Assembly (NCBI GenBank): GCA_964571855.1
Contig: CAZNDO010000018.1
Coordinates: 3,886-67,885 of the forward strand
From: an uncultured Gemmatimonadota bacterium
GTDB lineage: Bacteria; ARS69
Length of the DNA: 64,000 bases
Direction of reading: 5' to 3'
Made by a program: the position numbers and the translations under genes. The notes beneath the pieces were generated by a model. That model saw only the letters and a list, made by a program, of their open reading frames with translations. It searched no databases and was not told where the DNA came from. Position 1 is the first letter of the stretch. Each line of letters opens with the position of its first letter. Shown here one piece after another: positions 57,952-64,000 of this stretch.

Positions 57952-58025
57952 CGGCGGTCTCCGTGCGGGGGGCGTCCGGGGAAGGCGGCCGGCGCCGCCT
58001 CCCCCGTGGGCCGGTTCATCGTGGG

Positions 58026-60458
58026 TCAGTCGATGCGGACCATCTTGCGGGTCCGGAGCTCGTCCTTCGTCTCGAGGCGGTAGAAGTACACGCCGGCCGC
58101 GGCGCGGCGGCGGCCGATGTCCTGCCCGTCCCACTCCACGCGGTGCGCGCCGGCCTCGAGCACGCCGTCCACCAGCGTGGCCACGCGGGCGCCGCGCACG
58201 TCGAACACGGACAGGCGCACCGCCTCCTTCGCCGGGATCGCGAAGTCGATGGTGGTGGCGCCGGGGAACGGGTTCGGCCGGTTCTGCGCGAGGTCCAGGC
58301 GCAGCCGCGGCGCGAACGTCTCCACGCCGGTGGCGCCGGGCGCCGCGTCGTACAGCGTGAAGTCGTCCAGCGCGCCCTCGACCACCTGGCCCGGATCCGG
58401 GTCCTCGGCGGTGAAGCGGAAGCGCACCTGATCCAGCGCGCCGAGGTGCGGCGTGAGATCGATGTCGATCGGCTGCCAGAAGTTCTCGTGCGCCGTGGTG
58501 CTCTCCAGCAGCGTCCAGCTGGACCCGCCGTCGTCGGACACGTGCACCTGCCACGCGTCCAGCGCGTCGTTCACCGCGTACCACCGGTAGTAGAACACGT
58601 GCGGCACGGCCATCCCGGTGAGGTCGTACACGGGGGAGAGGAGACGCGTGGCGCCGCCGTCCACGTCGTCCGTGCCGATGTTGAAGCTCGATGCGTTGCC
58701 GGTCACGGCGCACTGGTCGTCCGGGTCCAGCGTGTGGTCCAGCTCGGGGTTGTACAGGCCGTTCGAGTAGGTGCCGAACGGCTCGCCGAACACCCAGAAC
58801 CCGGACGTGGTGGACGCGTCGCTCTGCACCGACCAGCCGGCCGGCGCGGAGAAGTCCTCGTAGTGCGCGCCCGGCGTCAGCGAGTAGTCGTACGTCTGGT
58901 TCGTGCTGGCCACCACGGACACCGCGAGCCCCGTGCGCGGCTGGTACGCGTAGCGGACGAGGTCCAGCGCATAGGACGGCGAAGGCACGGTGGGAACGTC
59001 GGGGAAGGCGTAGTCCCCGTTCGCGTCCGTGACGGTGGCGAACGGCGTGCCGACGAGCGTGACCTCCACGCCGGCGATCGGGTCGCCGCTGCCGGCCTCG
59101 GTGATCGTCCCCGAGATGCCGCCGGACGGGTACTTGGTCAGCACGAAGTCCGTGACGGTGACGCCGTCCGGACCCACGGAGACCGTGGCGGAATCCGGCG
59201 CGTGCCCGTAGGCGGAGGCGCGGAGCAGGTGCCCGCCCCCGTGGAACACGGAGAACTTGTACGCGGCCGCGGCGGCCACGGTCTGCTCCAGGTTCAGCCC
59301 GTCGTATTCCACCAGGGCGCCCGGCAGCAGCCCGCCGGCCGAGGACGACACCGTGCCCTCCAGGCGGCCGGCGTCGGGCTGGTACTTCAGCAGGAACAGG
59401 CCGTACTTCCCGTCGTTCGCGGCGACGACGCCGGACGGCAGGTGCGGGTACACGCCCCAGTTGCCCGGCCCGACGCCGCCGGCATTCGAATCGGGGTACG
59501 TGTCCCAGTACCCCATCTCCGTGAGGCTGGCCGGGTTGCTCACGTCGATGATGCGCGTCCCGTACGCGTACCACGACGCCCAGCACTGCGTGCCCTGCAC
59601 GTGCACGTTGTGGACGGACGCGGCGGGGTTCGGATTGAACGCCGACACGAGCGCGATGGCGCTGGGCGCGCTGCGATCCAGGCACTTCACGTGCCCGCCG
59701 CCGGTCTCCTCCGCGATCATCACGTGCACGCCGTCGCCCACGGGCCAGGACGCGTGCACGGAACCCGTGGGATCCAGCCAGCCCGCGCCGAAGTTCACGG
59801 GGTTCGTGGAGTCCGTGATGTCGATCATCCGGAAGCGGTCCGCGTTGATGAGGCACGCGTGGACGATGTTCCCCTCGAACGAGATGTCGTGGATGTACTG
59901 GTTGTCCCAGCGGCCCACTTCCACGGGGTTGGCGGGGTTCGAGATGTCCAGGATGTTCATCCCGCCGTTCACCATGCCGCCGCCGTAACCGCCCACCACG
60001 CACAGCAGCGGCCGCGTGGGATGCGCCTTCAGGTTGTGCACGTTGTCCACGGTGGCGGTGTACGTGTTGACGATGGTGGGATCCGTGGGGTCGGAGATGT
60101 CCACGACCTGGATGCCGCCGCCGCCCTCGGTGCCCACGTAGGCGTAGTTGCCCTGCACCGCCATGTCGCGCCAGGTGCTGAACGGCCCCGGGATGTACTT
60201 CACGAGCACGGGGTTCACCGGGTCGTCGATGTCCCACCACGCGGTGCCCGTGGTCAGGCCCTGGATCACGTACTCGTGCCCGTCGCTGCCCACGAAGGCC
60301 CAGACGTCGTTGTAGCCATCGAACAGGTCGCGGTTCGCCAGCATCACGACGTTGTCGAAGTCGAAGACCTGCGCGGGTGCGGCGGGCGCGAGCGCGGCCA
60401 CGAGGCCGGCGCACGCCGCGACACGGAGGAACGCACGGACGGGGAGACTGCGGTGCAT
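58026..60458 (-). CDS. Secreted choice-of-anchor-B-like beta-propeller protein with a C-terminal sorting-type domain (paralog 3)
   Basis: The signal peptide is MHRSLPVRAFLRVAACAGLVAALAPAAPAQ. It has the same conserved blocks, and the tail is ...AGVYFYRLETKDELRTRKMVRID. Confidence 0.7.
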   Translation of the reverse strand: MHRSLPVRAFLRVAACAGLVAALAPAAPAQVFDFDNVVMLANRDLFDGYNDVWAFVGSDGHEYVIQGLTTGTAWWDIDDPVNPVLVKYIPGPFSTWRDMAVQGNYAYVGTEGGGGIQVVDISDPTDPTIVNTYTATVDNVHNLKAHPTRPLLCVVGGYGGGMVNGGMNILDISNPANPVEVGRWDNQYIHDISFEGNIVHACLINADRFRMIDITDSTNPVNFGAGWLDPTGSVHASWPVGDGVHVMIAEETGGGHVKCLDRSAPSAIALVSAFNPNPAASVHNVHVQGTQCWASWYAYGTRIIDVSNPASLTEMGYWDTYPDSNAGGVGPGNWGVYPHLPSGVVAANDGKYGLFLLKYQPDAGRLEGTVSSSAGGLLPGALVEYDGLNLEQTVAAAAAYKFSVFHGGGHLLRASAYGHAPDSATVSVGPDGVTVTDFVLTKYPSGGISGTITEAGSGDPIAGVEVTLVGTPFATVTDANGDYAFPDVPTVPSPSYALDLVRYAYQPRTGLAVSVVASTNQTYDYSLTPGAHYEDFSAPAGWSVQSDASTTSGFWVFGEPFGTYSNGLYNPELDHTLDPDDQCAVTGNASSFNIGTDDVDGGATRLLSPVYDLTGMAVPHVFYYRWYAVNDALDAWQVHVSDDGGSSWTLLESTTAHENFWQPIDIDLTPHLGALDQVRFRFTAEDPDPGQVVEGALDDFTLYDAAPGATGVETFAPRLRLDLAQNRPNPFPGATTIDFAIPAKEAVRLSVFDVRGARVATLVDGVLEAGAHRVEWDGQDIGRRRAAAGVYFYRLETKDELRTRKMVRID

Positions 60459-60641
60459 GGGACCCCCTGGAGGAACGCCGGAAGTGTCAGGACGGACGGG
60501 AGCCCGGCCCCCGGGATGGAACGGGGGGAAATCGGGACCGGCTCGAACGAGCGAGTGTATCGCAAGACGCGGCCCGGGCGCGCGTGCGGAGTGGCGAAGT
60601 CCGTGCGAACAATACACGACGCGCGGATCTACAATTCGAGG

Positions 60642-61946
60642 TCAGCGCGTGCCGTCGAGGAACGTCCGGCGAAGCGCGGCGCTCGCCGCGTGCACCTGCT
60701 CGAGGAGCTTCGCCTCCGCGTCGCCGAGCACCCGGCCGCGGCGCGTGGCCACCACGCGCGCCACGGAGAGCGCCTTGTCCAGGCGGTACTCGGACCAGCG
60801 GCCGTCGCCGCCCCAGCAGAAGCTGGGCACGGCCTTCGGCGAGAAGTCCGCACCGAGGAGGTTGCACGCCACGCCGAGGACCGAGCCGGTGTTGAGGCGC
60901 GTGTGGATGGCGGTCTTCGTGTGGTCGCCGATGAGGCTGCCCACGTGGCGCTCGCCGGAGTCGAAGGACTCTCCGGCGAGCGTGAGCCGCACCGGACCGT
61001 AGTCGTTCTTCAGGTCGCTCGTGTCGGTGGCGGCGCCGAGGTTGACCCAGGCGCCGAGGTAGGAGTGGCCGAGGAAGCCGTCGTGCTGCTTGTTGGACCA
61101 GCCAAGCACGATGCTCCCGTCCACCTCGCCGCCGAGGCGCACGACCGGGCCGATGCTGGAGGCTTCGAGTCGCGTGAGCGGCTTGAGGCGGCACTCCGCG
61201 CCGAGCGCGACCGGCCCGGTCACCACCGAGTTGGCCATGATCCGCGTGCGCGGGCCGACCAGGATGGGGCCTTCCGAGGCGTCGAGCACCACGCCCGGGT
61301 CCAGGCGCACGCCCTCGCCGAGGCGGATGTGGTCCGGCGCCACGAAGTGCACGCCGTCGAAGGAGTCCTCGTCCGGGCGGCGGATCATGCGGTCGTACTC
61401 GGGGAGATCCGCGGCCAGCGCCGCGCGGTTCCGGCCGATGAGGTCCACCAGCGTGCGCGGCCAGGACGCCGCGATCTCTTCGGCCTTGAGGCCGCCCGCG
61501 GCGAGCAACCGGCCGGGATCCGCCGACGGGTGCGGGCCGAAGCCGGACCCCGCGGCATCGCGCAGCGCGTCGGCCAGGCGGGCGGAGGCGTCGCCGGCGG
61601 TGCGCGCGGCCACGAGACGATCCTCCGAGACGAGGGCGCGCCCGGGGGCGAGCGCGCGGATGGCCTCCGTCACCGCGGGCTCGGGTCGGCCGAGCGCCGC
61701 GGCCACGAACAGCACGTCCGCGGCGGGAAGCTGATTCACCGCCTCCCAGTCCCCGCCCTCGCGCTCCGCGTCCGCCACCGCAGCGCGGCACACGAGGGCC
61801 AGGGATCGATCCGGGAAGCGGCGCTCCCAGCGCTCGCGGTGCGTCCAGGCGCCGAGGCGGAGCTGCGCCACCGAGCGCGTGAGCGCGAGCGGCTCGAACC
61901 AGCCGGCCTGGTCGTCCTCGAAGAGCGCCAGCCACTCCCCGCTCAC
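60642..61946 (-). CDS. Hexapeptide-repeat (left-handed beta-helix) protein, a putative sugar-nucleotidyltransferase-like enzyme
   Basis: C-terminal imperfect hexapeptide repeats are present (GPVALGAECRLKP..., GSIVLGW..., GAWVNLGAAT...). The GTG start overlaps the upstream stop (GTGA). Confidence 0.6.
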   Translation of the reverse strand: MSGEWLALFEDDQAGWFEPLALTRSVAQLRLGAWTHRERWERRFPDRSLALVCRAAVADAEREGGDWEAVNQLPAADVLFVAAALGRPEPAVTEAIRALAPGRALVSEDRLVAARTAGDASARLADALRDAAGSGFGPHPSADPGRLLAAGGLKAEEIAASWPRTLVDLIGRNRAALAADLPEYDRMIRRPDEDSFDGVHFVAPDHIRLGEGVRLDPGVVLDASEGPILVGPRTRIMANSVVTGPVALGAECRLKPLTRLEASSIGPVVRLGGEVDGSIVLGWSNKQHDGFLGHSYLGAWVNLGAATDTSDLKNDYGPVRLTLAGESFDSGERHVGSLIGDHTKTAIHTRLNTGSVLGVACNLLGADFSPKAVPSFCWGGDGRWSEYRLDKALSVARVVATRRGRVLGDAEAKLLEQVHAASAALRRTFLDGTR

Positions 61947-62812
61947 GGCGCCGCGTCCTCCCGGAGCCGGAGCACGAGGAAGCCGGCGGAGAACCCGGCG
62001 CGGGCCGCGTAGTCCGCGAGCGGCTCCTCGGTCACCTTCCCCGCCTTGGACGAGGCGTGCCGGAACAGCACGGGGCCGCCGCCTTCCGGACGGACGGCGA
62101 GCCCGGTGTGGACGATCAGGATGCCGTCCTTCCTGCCCGCCCAGAACACGAGGTCGCCGCTCTGCAGGTTGGACGCGGCGGCCGCCACGGACTCGCGCGG
62201 GATGATGTGCGCGGAAACCTTGCGCGGGTCGTCCAGGCCGGGGCGCGGCTCGGCGCCGTGGTCGCGCAGGAATGCGGCACGATCGATCGTCCGTTCCACG
62301 AGGACGGTGGCGCCCGGGGCGACGGACTGCGTCACGTCCTCCAGGAGCCAGGCGTTGTTCGGGATCCAGTCCCGCGAGGTGTAGTGGTTGCGGTCCGCGT
62401 AGCTCACGTTCCCGTCGCGGTATCGGATGCGGTCCAGCGCGGCGAGGAACGGATCGCGCATGGGTACGCTGCGGCCGGAGTCCCGGGTGAGCGCGAGCGC
62501 GAGGGACTGCTCCAGGTAGGTCACGCAATCCGCGCGGTCGAAGCACACGCGGGGGTCCGGGTCCGGGCCGCCGGCGTCGCCTTCGCCGAGCGGGCCGTCG
62601 GCGTAGGGCGTGCCGAGAAAGAGCGCGCTGGCCTGGACGAAGCGGCCGGCCAGCGTGGGCGCGTCCAGTTTCGCCGCGAGCGCGGGCCAGCGGGCGAGGT
62701 CGGTCGGGGCGCTCCGGGCCGGGGCGCCGTGCGAGCCGTCATCCTGCGCGCACGCCGGCAGTGCCGCGGCGAGCACGAGAAACGGGATCCGGAGGGCAAA
62801 GGGAACGTTCAT
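61943..62812 (-). CDS. Hypothetical lipoprotein (289 aa)
   Basis: The signal peptide plus lipobox is MNVPFALRIPFLVLAAALPAC. The start is chosen at the ATG beginning the signal within the longer ORF. Confidence 0.55.
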   Translation of the reverse strand: MNVPFALRIPFLVLAAALPACAQDDGSHGAPARSAPTDLARWPALAAKLDAPTLAGRFVQASALFLGTPYADGPLGEGDAGGPDPDPRVCFDRADCVTYLEQSLALALTRDSGRSVPMRDPFLAALDRIRYRDGNVSYADRNHYTSRDWIPNNAWLLEDVTQSVAPGATVLVERTIDRAAFLRDHGAEPRPGLDDPRKVSAHIIPRESVAAAASNLQSGDLVFWAGRKDGILIVHTGLAVRPEGGGPVLFRHASSKAGKVTEEPLADYAARAGFSAGFLVLRLREDAAP

Positions 62813-62889
62813 CGGCCGCCTCCGCGACAAGGAGCGGAAGATAGGACCGGGGGTGCGGAGTCGCAAGCGAAGGGGACCGGCGGCGCGGC

Positions 62890-63522
62890 TCAGCGCGCGG
62901 CGGCCTTCGGCTCCACGGCGAGCGGCCGGTACTGCCGGGTGGAGCGGACGCGGTACAGCACGTCCTCCAGGCCCCACTTGCCGAGGTCGTCGCACTTCCA
63001 CAGGACCTCGAACAGCACGAGGAACGGCGCCACGTACTCGCCCTTCGCGAAGACGCGGAGGAACTCCTCCCAGTGCGCCGTCTTCGACGCGCACGGCGCG
63101 TCCATGTGGTCCAGCCGGCCGGCCACGTGCACGTTCCAGGCGCAGAGGAACTCCTCGTCCTGGTTCTCGGGGATGCCCCACTCCTGCACGTCGCGCCACT
63201 GCAGCAGCAGGCGGTACAGAACCTCGAGCGTGGCCTGCGGGTCGAACGCCCGGACGGGCAGCGAGCCATGGCGCTTGCGCGGGTCGTCGTGGTAGCGCGG
63301 CTTGAGGAAATGGTCGTAGCGCAGGTGCAGGCGGACGCCGCCGTTGGAGTACACCTCGATGGAGTCGGCGGGGTTGCGCGGCGTGCGGCTTCCGTAGTCC
63401 AGGATGTCGATCATCACGCTGCCCAGCGTGCGCGTCATCGAGAGCTTGGCCGCCACCCGGCGCACGAGCGGGACGGTCCGCTCCGCGAACGGGAAGTCCG
63501 GCTGCGCGAACGTCACCTTCAT
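62890..63522 (-). CDS. Hypothetical protein (~210 aa), cytoplasmic, Trp/His-rich
   Basis: A clean ORF with protein-like composition (MKVTFAQPDFPFAERT...). No motif was recognised. Confidence 0.4.
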   Translation of the reverse strand: MKVTFAQPDFPFAERTVPLVRRVAAKLSMTRTLGSVMIDILDYGSRTPRNPADSIEVYSNGGVRLHLRYDHFLKPRYHDDPRKRHGSLPVRAFDPQATLEVLYRLLLQWRDVQEWGIPENQDEEFLCAWNVHVAGRLDHMDAPCASKTAHWEEFLRVFAKGEYVAPFLVLFEVLWKCDDLGKWGLEDVLYRVRSTRQYRPLAVEPKAAAR

Positions 63523-63712
63523 CCCCATCTCCTCCCGCGCCGGGTGGTGCTGCGGGAGGTATCGGCACGGGGGGAGGGGGACTGAACGGGGGGGACTCCG
63601 GCGGGGCCGGCGCGGGCCGACCGCAGCGTCCCGGGGGGGTCGGGGTGCCGCGACGTGGCGCGACGGCAGCGGCGGTGGCCCGCCGGCAGCGCACTCGCCG
63701 TCTCATACCCTC

Positions 63713-64000
63713 TCACCTCACGACGGCGTCTCCGGACTCCCGCGCGGCCCTGACATCGTCGAGGAAGCGGGCCATGCCCGGCACCGGCACGTGGTCCGGT
63801 ACCATGCTCGGGTCATCGAGCAACGGTCGAAGGGTGGCCGCATCAGCAGCCGAAAGTCCGAAAGTGTAGCCGGTGCCCACGGCGAAGATGCCGTGGTTGC
63901 TGAGGGTCCAAGCGACCGACCTGACCAGCGACTGTTGGCTGGAGCGCCGCGCCGCAGCCGCACGGTCGACCTCGGCCTGCGAGGGCGGCACGCGTGGGTC
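63713..64000 (-). CDS. C-terminal fragment of a hypothetical protein; its 5' end lies beyond the window
   Basis: The ORF is open to the window edge. Too little sequence is available to classify it. Confidence 0.3.
   Translation of the reverse strand, partial: DPRVPPSQAEVDRAAAARRSSQQSLVRSVAWTLSNHGIFAVGTGYTFGLSAADAATLRPLLDDPSMVPDHVPVPGMARFLDDVRAARESGDAVVR

Overview
This is a roughly 72% GC bacterial chromosomal segment of unassigned phylum, possibly Gemmatimonadota or a myxobacterium-like deltaproteobacterium. It is densely coded on both strands with no rRNA, tRNA, CRISPR array or recognisable mobile element. Roughly 45 CDS are supportable. Housekeeping genes include fadD, purD-purE-tsaC-LMW-PTP-glyA-DinB (one minus-strand block), gatC-gatA-gatB, fbaB, a fused hcy-methyltransferase/metF, gdhA and mltF. 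The accessory content is unusual. (i) A six-gene, translationally coupled minus-strand operon (32444-41404) encodes a putative di-haem b-type membrane protein, a membrane-anchored ferredoxin/FAD-NAD(P) oxidoreductase, three very haem-rich c-type cytochromes (20, 25 and 16 CxxCH motifs) and a C-terminal-Phe outer-membrane beta-barrel. This looks like a complete cytoplasm-to-exterior electron conduit. (ii) A second, smaller cytochrome / OM-protein / cytochrome module sits on the plus strand (5204-9249). (iii) A PEP-utilising-domain protein is fused to a polymerase-beta-type nucleotidyltransferase and followed by tightly coupled mini-ORFs. (iv) An ECF sigma/anti-sigma pair is coupled to a secreted protein. 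(v) A MarR gene lies next to four secreted proteins, three of them tandem beta-propeller (choice-of-anchor-B-like) paralogs, all carrying the same C-terminal ~80-aa sorting-type domain. Many gene junctions are 4-nt ATGA/GTGA overlaps. Because of the high GC, most long ORFs in the six-frame track are antisense shadows and were rejected. CDS calls were made by reading motifs in the translated ORFs and locating signal-peptide-compatible in-frame starts.
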